DNA of 64,000 bases from Felis catus (GCF_018350175.1 NC_058378.1:80724001-80788000); one strand, 5' to 3'. Positions 34,819 to 48,120 are shown, counted from the first letter of the stretch. Numbers and translations are program-made. The notes: generated from the letters alone by a model not told the origin.

Positions 34819-36527
34819 AGCAATTGGAATTCTTATTGGTTGTTGGTGGCAATGTAAACTGGGTGAAATGTTTTGGTATTATCTACTAAATTTGAACATA
34901 TATACACCCTGTGTCCCCGTGTTTCGATACCTAGGCGTAGGCTCAATATAGCACATTTATTCATCAAAAGACATGCATGAGAAAACTCACAGCAGTCCAG
35001 TCTGGAAGAGCCCCACACTGGAAACAACTCAAATGGCCATCAACAGTAAAATAGAAAACTAAATTGTGGCCTAGTCATACCATGGAACACTCTACAGTGA
35101 TGAGAAAGAACAAATTATAATTATATACAACGATATGGATGAAATCTCCCAAGCATGGTTTTAAGGGAAAGAGTCCACACACAAAAGGGAATGTGTTGAT
35201 TCCATTGATATAAGGTTCAAAAGTACATGAAGCTAATTAGAGTGACCGCGATCAGGATACTGTTTATCTTGCCAGGTGGGGGTGACTGCCAGGGGGGTGT
35301 CAGGAAGACTATGTGGGGCTCAGGGTGTGCTGTGTGTCGATTTGGCCGGTGTGCTTGTTTTGTGAACATTTACCGAGCCGCGTACTTTTTGGCATGTGTG
35401 TCCTTCTTCATGAAAAAGTTTACTTTAAAGAGCTTCACGAATGACCTTGTGTATGGTCATGGGAGAGGTATGCCTGATTCAGTCTTGAGGGGAGTATGGG
35501 GGTGTGGGAGGCTCCTGGGAGGGACCGTGGGTGGGGGAGACTGGGGGAGGAGCTTTATCAGTACTGCCCAAAGGACGCAGGGTCTGCATTTTTGCCCTAC
35601 TTCTGCCCTTGGGTGCAAGATCTTGGCCAGTTGTGATGGTTTTCTAGGTCCCTCTTGGACTGGATCACGGGCTTTCAACCACGGGGCTTCATGGCTGGGC
35701 TTGTAGGTCTGTAGGGTCCCCGAAGCTGTAAGCCTGTGTCTATGTGTGTTTTGGGGGAGAGGACCAGAGCTTTTTACCAAACTCTTTTAGGTGTCTGGAA
35801 CCTAAAAAGGCGAAGAGTCATTCAAAAGATGATCCCCAAGGCACCTATGGCTTTGCCTGTCATGATTTCCCGGGCCCCAGGCAATTTTATGCTGTGGAGG
35901 GCGTATTTTATACTTGGTGGCTGAAAGTCAGGGTGGAGTTAAAGTTGTCTCTGTGTCAGAGAGAGAGGGGGTGGGGGGCACTGGGAGGAAAGATGGGACC
36001 ACTTTTCTACCTGCCATCACGGGCTTATGTCATATCTGGGAACGAGCAGGGGGTGGGGGGGCAGGCGAGGGCTTCCTGCACCAGAGAGGCATCAGTCACT
36101 CGTCTCAGGCAAAACTGTGACAACGATTTCTTTTCCCTGACAGCATCTGCTCAACCCTGTGCAGTAGGAATTCTTAGTTTCTGTAATACATAGCTCTGGG
36201 GGCACCAAGAAGTTGTCACAATGGATCAAGTCACCTGTGAGCGCTGGGGACCATTGGAACTGTAAGTCTCCATCCCAAAAGGGCATCTTTTCTCTTAGGA
36301 AACGGGTCACGCTAACCATTAACATCAGGAAGAATTAGAAGCAAGTTTCTGAGGCCAGGACTTGGCCTGGGGATCAGCTGAACCCTTTCTCTTGGCTTGA
36401 GACATGAAGTGATGTGAATTTTCGGTGGGGGAAAATCTCATTGTGGGTGAGAGATAAACACATTTTATTAATAATGATTCATGGCACCACGTTGGAAGGT
36501 TTTCCACTGCGTGTTCAATGTGGCAAG

Positions 36528-36746
36528 TTTTTTTTTTTTATTTGTTTTTAGAGAGGGGGATGGGGCAGAGAGAGAGGGAGAGAGAGAGAGAATCCCAAGC
36601 CGGCTCTGCACTGTCAGCACAGAGCCTGATGTAGGGTTCAAACTCACGAACGTACAAGATCACGACCTGAGATGAACCCACAAGATCACGACCTGAACCA
36701 GCGTCAAGGGTTGGATGCTTAACTGACTGAGCCACCCAGGCGCCCC
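36528..36746 (-). mobile_element. CanSINE
   Basis: TSD core tgtggcaa; internal duplication of acaagatcacgacctga. Confidence 0.93.
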
Positions 36747-37361
36747 TTACTGTGGCAATTTCTAATTGGGAACAGGTCTACGGGGGCCTGGGGAGAGCTC
36801 TGGCCCACCTTTTGCAGCGTGTTGGGAGAGGTGGCCCTCACTGAGTGTGGAGGCATCAGGCTGCCGCCATGTTGACCTCTCTCTGTTGGGGAAACTTCCA
36901 TTCAGACCCTTCGCTCTCGCAGGGGGCTCTTCCTTGAGTTTTAGAAGGGAAAACAAAACAAAACAAAAAACAAAATGCTGACAGCTCACTACACCCTCTT
37001 AATAACCGTATGAACCCGAACGTAACACTGACGTTCTCTAAATCTTGACTTCCTTGTCTGTAACACGACACGGGTGATTCAGCAGCTCAGGGCTCTCGTG
37101 ACAACATGGTAGTTGGCCTCCAAGAGCGCGACCAGCAAGTGACGGCTGTTTGCACCGCGACAGAAGGCATAACGAGACGGGAGCCTCACAGCAAGGACTG
37201 TGTGGGTCCAGGAAGGAGTGAGTCACTTCTTCAGGAGAGTCAGAGCAGGGTTTGGACACAGGACGCTCGAGATGGACTTTGAGGGGTAGACAGGATTTTG
37301 ATGGAAGAGACAAGAGAAGGCATTTGGGCAGAAGGGAAAGCCTTGCAAAGGTATGCGGAAA

Positions 37362-37424
37362 TGGGGGGATACGTTGGCTATTTGGGGGGATACGTTGGCT
37401 ATTTTGGGGGATACGTTGGCTATT
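37362..37424. repeat. 21-bp tandem repeat x3
   Basis: tggggggatacgttggctatt repeated three times with one mismatch. Confidence 0.95.
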
Positions 37425-37789
37425 GTGGGGAAAAGGAGCCATCTGGTGTGGCCAGAGCCTGGGGTGTGTGGGATGAGGCAACGGGGGTGGAGGTGTTAGG
37501 GTCAGACCAGAGAAGCTGGGCTAAGCAGACCCTCCAGGCAAGGTCCCTCGTACCCCATTCCCTGACCCTTCTGTCTGGACATGGGAATCCCGTGGCGTCC
37601 CCTCCAGGCAGGTTCCCACCCCTCAGCTCGGTTTGCAAAGTTTATCCTAACGCCAAGGCAAAGACTAAATTAGACTGCAAAGGTAAATAGACACAGAGAA
37701 AGCCACAAAATTAAAAATATAAGGGTGGGATTGAGCTGTTAATCATGCTGCAGCATTTCACAAAGAATAGGCTGAGTTTTCCAATGAAC

Positions 37790-37985
37790 NNNNNNNNNNN
37801 NNNNNNNNNNNNNNNNNNNNNNNNNNNNNNNNNNNNNNNNNNNNNNNNNNNNNNNNNNNNNNNNNNNNNNNNNNNNNNNNNNNNNNNNNNNNNNNNNNNN
37901 NNNNNNNNNNNNNNNNNNNNNNNNNNNNNNNNNNNNNNNNNNNNNNNNNNNNNNNNNNNNNNNNNNNNNNNNNNNNNNNNNNNNN
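37790..37985. other. Assembly gap (196 N)
   Basis: N run. Confidence 1.
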
Positions 37986-38352
37986 GAGAAAAAAAATCAG
38001 AGACGAGGCAAACACAGGCCGGCAGGTTGTAAAGAAGGTGTTCTTTGCCCGCTTGGAACCAGGATCTGCTCGTGGTCAACACCCAGAAACATGCACGGCG
38101 ACGAAAATTACGCCATCTCTCTCACATGCTGTTGAACGCTAACATCTCTGCAACGTCTGTCTGTCTTTAATCCATTCCCAGGTTCCTATGCCTGGGAAAC
38201 AATTGCTGTTTGGTTATCTATCCCTGCAGAGTAAACCACGGATTTCCAAACTTGCCATGGGAGCGTGGGCATATTATTTATTGTCCCTGAAACGCAGTGT
38301 CCTTATCTGTTGGCTGGGCCTGATGGGGACCCTAGGTGGGTCTGTGCTGGGG

Positions 38353-38563
38353 TTCCTTTCTCACCCTCGAACAACTGACACTGTGGGCTGGAGAATTCTG
38401 GGGGGCCTGTCCTGTGCCTTGCAGGATGTTTAGCAGCTCTCCTGGCCTGTGCCCACTAGCACAGCCTCCACGCCAGACCCCCTGCATTTGTGACATCCAA
38501 GCCAAATATCCCCTGGGTGGGGGGGGGGGGGCGGGACAAGTCCCTCCCCGTTGGGAACCACTT
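38353..38563 (-). mobile_element. MER20 hAT-Charlie MITE
   Basis: ctgtcctgtgccttgcaggatgtttagcagc...cctggcct...cccactag...gccaaatatcccctgg...gttgggaaccact. Confidence 0.85.
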
Positions 38564-39312
38564 CCGTAGGTAGAGCATTTGGCTTTGTACTTTGTGAAGC
38601 CCACACTCAACCAATAGCAGCTACTATTCTAACTCTGATTATTGCTGTCAGAAGGTTCTTGCTTTCAAGACTAATGCTGTGTTGCTTAAATGTACCCAAT
38701 GCATGATGACTTAGGAATGATCCCAGGTTCCTTTTCTTGTTTTCCCCAATCAAAGTATTTAATTTCTAACTTGGAAATCATGCCGCTGATAAAATGGGGA
38801 TTGTTTTCCTCCAGAGGAATGCATATTTTCCCTAAGTTTGAAATTACAATTTGGGATTCTCTGTGTTCCCAGTGAATGAGGTGATGGGGCAGGTACCATT
38901 TCTGAAGTGAACACCACTTGAACCATACCTGGTCAAATACAGAATTATTGAGTAATTACCGACAAAAGGTACCATGTGGTGTGTGACGCGTCTATAAGAA
39001 TGTATGCTTTATTAGCTACAATCATGCCAATGTACATTTCAAATAATTATCAGCCTGATTACGTGGACATGAAAACGGGACCGAGGCCGTAGAGAACACC
39101 CAGCAAAGGCAGAGGCAGGACCATCTTTTCCAAATGTTTACATTGGTCTCGCTAGTTGGAATTTTATTTCTTGGAGGAAGAAGGAGTTCAACCACAATGA
39201 TCATTTTACTTGGATAATTTCCATTTTCTTTAGACAGATAACTTATCACCAAAGGAGGAAACAGAGGAGGAGGAAAGAGGGTTTTCATTTGGGTCAATTT
39301 AGAGAAAATACC

Positions 39313-39755
39313 CGTATGAGCTTCCTAGGGTTGCTGCAATCAAGTACCATAAACTGGGTGGCTTTAAACATCAGATATTTATCCTCTCAGTGTTCTGGAG
39401 ACCAAAAGTCTGAAGTCAAGGGGTTGGCAGAGCTGTGTTCCTTCCGAGGTGGAGAATCCTTTCTGGTCTCTTCCAGCTTCTGGTGGCCTCGGGCGTTCCT
39501 GGGCTTGTGACCACATGGTTCCATGTCTGCCTCTGTGTTCATGNNNNNNNNNNNNNNNNNNNNNNNNNNNNNNNNNNNNNNNNNNNNNNNNNNNNNNNNN
39601 NNNNNNNNNNNNNNNNNNNNNNNNNNNNNNNNNNNNNNNNNNNNNNNNNNNNNNNNNNNNNNNNNNNNNNNNNNNNNNNNNNNNNNNNNNNNNCACATCC
39701 TGAGGGTCTGGTGGACATATCTTTAGGGGAGCAATGCAAACTTCAATCCACTAAA
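39313..39755 (-). mobile_element. MaLR solo LTR (MLT1B/C-like), middle in gap 39544-39693
   Basis: cttcctagggttgctg...aagtaccataaactgggtggctt...ttctggagacc...aagtctgaagtcaagg...cttccagcttctggtggc. Confidence 0.85.
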
Positions 39756-40482
39756 GCATAATTTTTCCAGGTAGAGCTTTTGAAGGTCAACATGGATGGC
39801 TGATCACTATTAACATGTTAAGTGCCAACTCTTAGCAAATGGGGGTCGTTCCCCTGTCTTGGAGCCTTCAGTTTTCCTCTTAAGACTGGGGGACAAAGGA
39901 CAAAACAGAGAAGAGTGTTCAAGCACCCTAGCACCTTCCTTTGGTTCACCTCTTCACGGAGCTGTGGGTGGACAGGAACCCTCTGCTGTTGGTTACAACT
40001 CCGTTAGAAATGCCAAGACAAGACACTTCCTGCTGTTCCCAAGGCCCTGCTATGTCATGGTAGGCTGGAGGGAGAACATATTCTTCTTGAAATTCAAGCA
40101 TTTCTCAATTTGCTAATGGTGGTTAATGAACTCATCAAGATGGAAACCTTAAAAATAAACAGCTAACCTTGAAACCAGAAATATAAACAGAACTTATAGT
40201 TTGTTCTCCCTGCTTTGAATATCGGTTGATGTTATCTGTGGCTGTGGAGACCTCTCTGTAAGCACTTCTGTCTTTGTGGCTGTATTGGAAATTCTCTATT
40301 ATGTGACAATCTCAGGATTCTCATGTGTAAAAATGGAGGAATTTGAGCTATATGATTTTGTACGCCTTCTCCAACTAAGATATTTTTTGGAATTATACAA
40401 ATCAAATTAAAATGGCACTTTAGTCATGTGCTTTCAATTTCTTTTCAGTTCTAAATTGGCCGTCACTGTTTTATCTACACCT

Positions 40483-40745
40483 NNNNNNNNNNNNNNNNNN
40501 NNNNNNNNNNNNNNNNNNNNNNNNNNNNNNNNNNNNNNNNNNNNNNNNNNNNNNNNNNNNNNNNNNNNNNNNNNNNNNNNNNNNNNNNNNNNNNNNNNNN
40601 NNNNNNNNNNNNNNNNNNNNNNNNNNNNNNNNNNNNNNNNNNNNNNNNNNNNNNNNNNNNNNNNNNNNNNNNNNNNNNNNNNNNNNNNNNNNNNNNNNNN
40701 NNNNNNNNNNNNNNNNNNNNNNNNNNNNNNNNNNNNNNNNNNNNN
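40483..40745. other. Assembly gap (263 N)
   Basis: N run. Confidence 1.
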
Positions 40746-40990
40746 AGACATGTTTCCTACTGTCCCTCCCTCCCTTCCTCCCTCCCTCCCACTCTACCTC
40801 TCTTTCTTCATCCATCTCTTTTTATCCATGTTTCCTCCCTTCCAACCATCTGTCCATCTCTCCATCCATCTGTCCTTTCCTTCCTCCCTCCATTCAACCA
40901 GCTATGGTTCATCCATGTTTCCTTCCTCCCTCTCTTCTATACAACTATCTATCCATTCATGTTTCTTTCCTTCCATCCACCCACCTCTCT
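40746..40990. repeat. Degenerate (TCCA/TCCC)n low-complexity tract
   Basis: Direct observation. Confidence 0.85.
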
Positions 40991-41074
40991 AGTACACAGA
41001 TTTAAGTCGCCTGTTGTGTACCAGGCACAGTGGTAGTAGGTTCTGAGGGTACAGTGGTGAATAAGGCAGTTGAG

Positions 41075-41254
41075 CAGAAGGGGCCCCAGGTTTATGTGAC
41101 CTAACGCTTATGCAGTTTGGGGGTCCCTCTTTAAAAGGACACACACTCACAGATACAAAATTTCTAGGGCTTTCCCACGGCTTCTGCAGGTGCCCATGGG
41201 AGCGAGAGACCCTGAAGCTTAAGCTTTGTTGGCTTCTGGATGAATCCCCCTTTG
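41075..41254 (+). mobile_element. MER45A-like hAT-Tip100 MITE
   Basis: ccaggttt...gcttatgcagtttgggggtccctcttta...ccctgaagcttaagctt...gcttc...gaatcccc. Confidence 0.8.
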
Positions 41255-44200
41255 CAGATGTGGCCTCCCAACTCTCTTGGAGCTCAGATTCTGGTGTCAC
41301 CTGATGAGGGCTGAGCCTTTCAGGCAGGAATTTAGGTAAACCTGGCTTGAACCCCTAAGACCACACCTGGGAGAAATGTGGAGTCTTCTCTTTAGCTTCC
41401 TTCATGTCTGAATTGGCACAATTGCATTGCGTTTCTTTCCCCATCACCTGTACACAAAGTTCAATCTCCTTCGTTTGTTTCCATTAAAGACTCATTTGTA
41501 GCAAGCACTTGATGAATGTGGCAACTTCAGAAGTTCCTAGAACACCCCATTGTGCCTTGCACAGTCTCTTGCCCCCTTCTTGGCTGCCTCCCCTGTCTTG
41601 CCTCTTCTTTTCCTGCCCCTCCAACAACCACCCTTGTGGGGCAGCTTCACCCCCCTCAGGCTCCTGGGACCTTTGCTTCTGTTCCAATCAGATTTGTCAA
41701 TTAATTTATCCCAGAGGATAGGAGTTTCCCTGAGGGAAATTCACAGGCTTGCCGCAGGAGAGTATTTTCTCCACCTCCTTAAGCCGAGTGAACACCAAGA
41801 TCATTCTGTCGAGGCGAGAGGGGGCCAGGAAAGGGCATCTGTGGTGCAGGCTCACCTCAGTTTTCCCATCCCAAAGAATGGGAACAATACAGGTGAAGCT
41901 GTTTTGAGAGCCTGGGGGGTACGTGAGGTTCCCCATGGGGTCCACGGGGTGCAGCCCCAAGAACAACAAAGAGCTTGTCATTTCAGATGCTTCCCACGCC
42001 TCAGTGTCCGGGGAACGAATGCTCTTTGGACCAGCTTCTGGACTGCCTGAAGCTCTGTAAGCCCTTAATTTCCAGTCACCATGCTTAGAAAAGTCTGATT
42101 CATCTGCACTCCATTTTGCTGGTGTTTTGTTTCATTTTGTTTTTGCTATTGTGTCGGCACCTTCCAACTCTGCTGGGGCAGGACTTGCTCTTTGTTTAAA
42201 GCTCGCCATCATCCACAGGGCTGTGGAGCATTGTCTGTGTGGCCTTACATAAGTAACGGCAGAAATAACCAGAGAAACTTAGCTCCCAAGTAGCTCTTTT
42301 CATCATCAAAGCATTCTGAAAATATGAGCTAATTAATCAACAAGACAGGATGCCACAGTCAATAAGTACACTTTGAGCAAAGCAGCCACAGTGTTTTAGG
42401 GTGGGTGTTCTTGGCGAGTTTGCAGATGCTGTTGGGTGGGTCTGCTCTAATGGGTACTTGGCTAGCTCCGGGAGTCAGGCAGGAGCGGGCCCAGGCTGCC
42501 ACTGGGCATGCTCGGTGATTCCCTCTGCTGTGCCCCAGATGGGACCCCTTTACCCATCTGCTCTGGCCGCCAGGACAAATTTTTTCATCTCCTGCAGCAT
42601 TTGGAGGTCCCAAATGGGGCCCCCAAAGTCCGGAGTCCGGAGTGAATGTGTTTGCCTCCAGGTTGCCCCCAGACCATACGTCACCCCAGCCACGGTGCAG
42701 CTCAGCCACATCAGGTCCCAGGGAGGCTGAGCCCAGAGCTAACCTGTCTGTTTCTTTTCACCTTGATTTACCAGGCATCCAGTCTCGTTATCTTTGTGAC
42801 GTGCAATCTGGATCAAGCTCAAGTATCTTCCAGTTGCCTGGGACGACTGTTACCCAAAGACACGGGCACGGCTTCAGAGGTTCCATGTGAGGGTCACTGT
42901 GAGCATCTGTACGACCCGGGAGGGGACACAAGGCTGATGGTCCCACAGCCAGGACACGGGGGAGGGGCTCCCGGTGATGCCCCGCCTTCCATAACTAACT
43001 TGTGATTCCTAGAGAACACCCCGTCCCCACCCCAGAGTTTGATTATAAAACAACATGCGTAATTTGATTATAAAACTCGATCCCCCCAAAACGCTGCGTC
43101 CCGCATTTATTACAGACGCTCATTTCCAGGAGTTTTCTGTGCTGCCATATACAAGGCAAGACACTGAAGGGAACCATTGGAGTGTTGGGAAATATCCAAC
43201 GTCAGAATCTTTAAAACCCATGTGTCGTAACCCTCAAGAAGCTACCACCTGCGTTTTCAAAGAGGGTCATCTCCGCCAGGGTCACCCGCTAGACACAAAT
43301 CTCAACAGTGTGGGCACTGGGGCTGTTTATCCATGTTGAGCTGCACATCTGCCTCTCCAGATGTGTCTTTCACTCCCACCCCTGGGCACACGCTCCGTGC
43401 AGTGAAACACGGGTCCCTCTGTCTGCGCTGTCCCTCCGCGGAGTCCCACCCTGCCCTGGGTGCCCAGCTGAACGTCCACATCCTTGAGAAAGGCTTCTCT
43501 GCACTCCGCAGTCACGGTCATTGCTCCCGAGTCTGACCCTCCAGGTCCCGCTCCACGTGTCCTGGCACCAGCCACACCCCCCTCGAGTGGGGTGATTTGT
43601 CCTCACTCCAGTGGCTGTTTCTGGATTGGGAGCCTCCTGAGGGCGGAGCCCCCGTCTCCTTTATGGCCACCCCGGCTCCGGTGCCACCCACAGGGGCTCA
43701 GGAAGGAGGGGTCCTGGGGCGCACTGTGGGGCGCATCGTCCCTACCGGGTTTCTGCCTCCCCTCGCCCTCACCCCCACCCAGCTGGTCGCTCAGATGCTT
43801 GGGGCCATTTTGTCTCACAGGTCCAGAGGGCGAGCTGCTGTCTCCTTGACAACCCTTCACACGTGGGTATTTGAGGTCACGCCTGCACAAAGGACCGAGC
43901 GAGCCACCACATCCACACACGTGTTTTCTGCGTCTGTAACGCGTTTTGTTGCCATAACATCCCAAAGCGCATCGAGCTCACGCAACTTCGGCTGCCTTCT
44001 GACCCCCTAAAGGCGGTGTTAGAGGCTCTGCTCACAACGATTTCTCATGTCTCTCTAGAAAATTGAAGCTGGGTCCTTTGAACTTTTTTTTAAAGATTTT
44101 TTTTTAAGGATGCAGAAAGGTAAAAATAGGACGATACCTCCCTGCCTTAGGGAAGCGACTAAACGAAATAGGGTTCTGCCCTCTAAACGGTGTTGCACGG

Positions 44201-44834
44201 CGAGTGTCTACTGTGTTGAAGCAGGGCTCTCCGCTGTGGCTAGAGAAAACGGACTTTCCTTGTGACCTCGTATCCAGCCTGCGCGCCTCCGACCCCAAGC
44301 TTCCCACCTACCTGACAGAGGCATGTCCCCATCCTGTGTGGCCTTTGCCAATTTGTTAAAAAGGGACACCTGTGGGGCTTTCTCCGCGCGTCTACGTGAA
44401 ACAGACACTTTCTTAAACCAGTGATACGCTCTGAAAATTACTTTTTCGAGCCAGCGCGTGATGTCCTTACTTGCCCTGGACTGTGGGCGATGGGTTAGCA
44501 ATTTCTGCCTGTTGGTCTTCTTCGAAAGAGGAGAATTCAGGGCTGTGGTTATAAATTTAAATGGGGGTTTTCAAAAGGGCATAAATATGCACATCTCCGA
44601 AAAGTCTCCTGGTCTGAAAGTCAACTTGTGTTCGTACCTGTGACTCCCCTCCTATCTCCCTGCGGTCCTTACTCCGACAGAACAAGACCCCCCTCTCTCT
44701 GTGGACGCATCAGCTTCCTTCCTGCCCCCGGGGCTCTTTCTCCCCTCAGTTCTCAGAACAGGACTTGGCCAAGAGTAGACACCCAGAAGCTGTTTGCTGA
44801 GTGATGAGTAGACCTCACAGAATCGAGAGAAGGC

Positions 44835-45035
44835 CTTGGGGTGTAGGAGAGCAAGTGTGCTTAGTTGGCCAAGACCCGTGTTCAAATCCTGACCCCAGCT
44901 CTTCCTAGCAAAGTTCTTGGGCAAACTGCTCAGCGTCAAGGAACATCAGCCTTCCTCACCTGGAAAGACGGATAACAGTACCAGGTCTGACGTGAAGGCC
45001 GATGGGACCAATGGGGAATTGACGTGTGGGTGCTG
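44835..45035 (+). mobile_element. MIR fragment
   Basis: gttcaaatcctgaccccagc...ttgggcaaactgctca...ttcctcacctggaaa. Confidence 0.6.
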
Positions 45036-45754
45036 TGGAAAAGGCCAGGCGAAGGGGAGGCATATGATTCACATATAACGGAGTCCTAAACCGTAGAGAG
45101 ATTCCTGGGGAAATGATGAACTGTTGCCTAGTAGACCATATTTCATTTTGGGTTTTTGTAAAAAGTGGCTTTCGGGACCGGTGATGGGAGGAAAGTGCCA
45201 CTCCTTGATCTTCGCTGTGTAGCGCAGTTGGGCTGGCTGAAGACAAGAAGTGTTTGTTGTGTGGTCCGGGGGGTGGTCCTGGGTCCTGAGTACCTATAGG
45301 AGGGGCAGGGGCGCCGAGCATCTCCAAGCGGCCTGGCCAGCATGGGGCAATGTAGCCTCATCCAGACTCCATTGAGTGTCACTGACTTTGTGCTGGGCCC
45401 GGGCTTGCCACAGAGAGGTAAGCCTGACCCTCGGTCTTCCTGGGCCTCGCCGGGTTGGCGTATAGCCAGCTCTACCTGGTGCATCTGCCAGTGTCTGTCC
45501 CATTTGTCCGTGCTGGTGCCATACAGAATGTTAACGATGTTGGATATCACCCCACATGTAGGTGATGCCACGTTCTAATAGTGTCAGGTCCTCAGTGGAA
45601 GAGGGGGCCTGCCAGACCCAGGGGACAGCAGGTGTCGACTGGTCAGGGTGGGAGGGGCCTCTTGAGGACAGCACAGTGAAAGGGACGACAATTGGCTGTC
45701 AACCAACGAGAAGGATAGGGAGCACCATAATAAAAACGTACATAAAGTACTATT

Positions 45755-46200
45755 CCCCCATCCATCCACACATTTGTCCGTCTATCCATTTGTCTATCCA
45801 GCAAACATGGTCTGAGGCACCATGTCCAACGTGGATACCAAAAACCAAGACTCTGTCCTCATCCTCAAGGCCTCACAGCTCAGTGGACGGAGACAGTCAC
45901 TCCCTCACGCAATCTTTGCGAAAATGCTCTCGGAGCTCAAAGTCAGGGAAGACTGCGTCTGTTGGTGAGTGTGTTAAGTGGGGGCCAGGGAAGGATTTGG
46001 GAGCATTGGTGTCTTTGAGAAGAACCTTGAAAGCCAAGGATGGGCAGGATTCAGGTTGTGGGGAAGGAGGAAGGGAAGACAATTCAGAGGAAGGTATGAA
46101 TGGGCAAAGGCAGGAAGGCGGGACCTTATGGGCACGTTTGGGGACCAGAGGGGACCTAGGTTTGCCTGGACAGCAGGATACTAGGGTCGCTACAGAGGAG
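45755..46200 (-). mobile_element. L2 fragment
   Basis: ccatccatcc...cagcaaacat...cctcaaggcctcacag...tcagggaagact. Confidence 0.45.
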
Positions 46201-46404
46201 AAGTGGGAGACCACGGCTAACACTCAAGTGGGGCATCCCATGTACTAAGCCCTTTGTATCCATTATTACACTTAACCCCTGCTCTAGCCCTAGGAAGGGG
46301 AGCTGCCATCCCCCTCTCCCTTGCTTCATAGTGACAACACTGAGACACCTGCTCAAGGCCAAACAGCTGGTACGATCCCAGTGACTCTGACATTTAAATC
46401 CAGA

Positions 46405-46760
46405 TGCTATGGATTGAATTGTCCCTCTCAAGTTCATAGGGTGCAGCCCTAGCCCTCAGCATGATGGTATTTGGGAGGTAGGGCGCTTTGGGGAGGTAAT
46501 TAGGGTTAACGGAGGTCATGAGGGTGGGACACCCATGGTGGAATTTGTGTCCTTATAAGAAGAGGGAGAGAGAGATTGCACTCTCTCCGCCATGTGAGGA
46601 CACGGTGAGAAGGCAAGCCGGGGAGAAAAGCCAGAACCAATATGGAGTGGGGGGGATACCTCGATCTTGGGTTTCTTAGCCTCCCAAACTGAGAATTAAC
46701 TCTCTATTATTTAAACGCCATAGTCTGTGATGTTTCGTTATAGCAGCCCAAGCTAATACA
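46405..46760 (+). mobile_element. MaLR solo LTR (MLT1A/A0-like) inserted into a MIR
   Basis: TG...CA ends: tgctatggattgaattgt ... gccatgtgaggacac ... gttatagcagcccaagctaataca; MIR-like sequence on both sides. Confidence 0.9.
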
Positions 46761-47071
46761 CTAGGTTTGTCTGAGCCTGCTGACTCTCCTCAGCCAGTCT
46801 GGGGCCACCCCAGGTGTGGGGCCCTCGACAGGTGTCCCCAGGCCCCTTTACTGACCACCGACCGCCATCAAAAGTTCCATTCATCCTCTTCCTTGGGATG
46901 CACTTGGCCTTGGGGCTCCTTTTTGCTCTTGGACCACCCCCAGACAATGCTGAGCATTTCTTTTTGTCAGAGCCAGGAGGCCAAGCCCAGGCCTCAAAGT
47001 CCAGGCCCTCCCCTGGGCTGGCTTCCCTCCGGGCAGCCACCACTCTTTAAAAGAACGCTTTCTCCTTGTTA

Positions 47072-47347
47072 NNNNNNNNNNNNNNNNNNNNNNNNNNNNN
47101 NNNNNNNNNNNNNNNNNNNNNNNNNNNNNNNNNNNNNNNNNNNNNNNNNNNNNNNNNNNNNNNNNNNNNNNNNNNNNNNNNNNNNNNNNNNNNNNNNNNN
47201 NNNNNNNNNNNNNNNNNNNNNNNNNNNNNNNNNNNNNNNNNNNNNNNNNNNNNNNNNNNNNNNNNNNNNNNNNNNNNNNNNNNNNNNNNNNNNNNNNNNN
47301 NNNNNNNNNNNNNNNNNNNNNNNNNNNNNNNNNNNNNNNNNNNNNNN
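47072..47347. other. Assembly gap (276 N)
   Basis: N run. Confidence 1.
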
Positions 47348-47900
47348 CTGCTAGCTCTGCCGAACCAAAGGAGAAAATGAAGGTAATTTTGTTTGCAAGG
47401 AATGTATGATTCGGAGCTGACTGTTGAAAGATGCGCCACGTCAACGTAATGAGGGAGTGTAATATCTTAGTTTGCATCAAGATGGAAATAACGGTGCGCT
47501 TTGACAGACCTGATGCTGAAGGCATCACCCGCCTGCTCATTATGCATTCTGGCTCTGATTATGAAAAATAGTGTGTTTTCTTTTAAAGAGGAATCCACAT
47601 TATCAATCAAACCACTCCAATTATTTCCGAACGGGATCACAGTGAAATAGACACGGGGGCTTTCCGGCTCGGGCCGCGCCTGATAGGCAGGCAGATCTTC
47701 AAGGGTGTGATATTTTTATTTCATGACAGTTGCTAGTATTAATTAGGAACGCTAACGAAGTATTTTGTGCCGGGGGAACCCAGACAACCTGGCTTTCCCT
47801 GCTATCATCCGGATCTTTATTATTTTGCTTTAATGAGCCCTGTCTTAAATAATATCAGTGCACTTCTAATGATACCTCTCATCCAGCCTGATATTCCAAT
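47348..47900. promoter_or_regulatory. Candidate conserved non-coding enhancer
   Basis: Repeat-free AT-rich block; PBX word ATCAATCA 47602-47609, MEIS TGACAG 47502-47507 and 47724-47729, TAATTA 47740-47745; function is inferred. Confidence 0.45.
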
Positions 47901-48060
47901 GCTTCTCTGAGAGGGTTGTCATAGCAGGGAAATAAAGAAAGGAAAGGAGTGGAAAAAAAAAAAAAAAAGACAACAGGAAAATCCTAGCCTGTGATGAGCG
48001 AAACCAAAACAGGAGTATGAAAACAAAATGATGCTCATTGCAACGGGGAAGTGTTTCCTT

Positions 48061-48120
48061 GAGAGAGAGAGAGAGAGAGAGAGTGTGTGTGTGTGTGTGT
48101 GTGTGCGTGCGCGTGCACAC
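48061..48120. repeat. Compound (GA)n(TG)n(CG) microsatellite
   Basis: Direct observation. Confidence 0.95.

Larger units (their letters stand above)
31400..35428 (+). mobile_element. Degenerate L1ME-like element (5' remnant, ORF2, 3' UTR) hosting five SINEs
   Basis: gaaagactaataaaattggtaaccctctagcaagactga...cagatggcttccatggtgaattctttcaaa...gacaaggatggccactatca...ctggaaacaactcaaatggccatcaacag; the 5' boundary is uncertain. Confidence 0.8.

Noticed and set aside
37362-37424. Possible CRISPR-like array
   Set aside because: No spacers, pure tandem repeat, and the genome is eukaryotic.
45562-46248. 228-aa ORF (+)
   Set aside because: Runs through a (CCAT)n tract and an L2 remnant.
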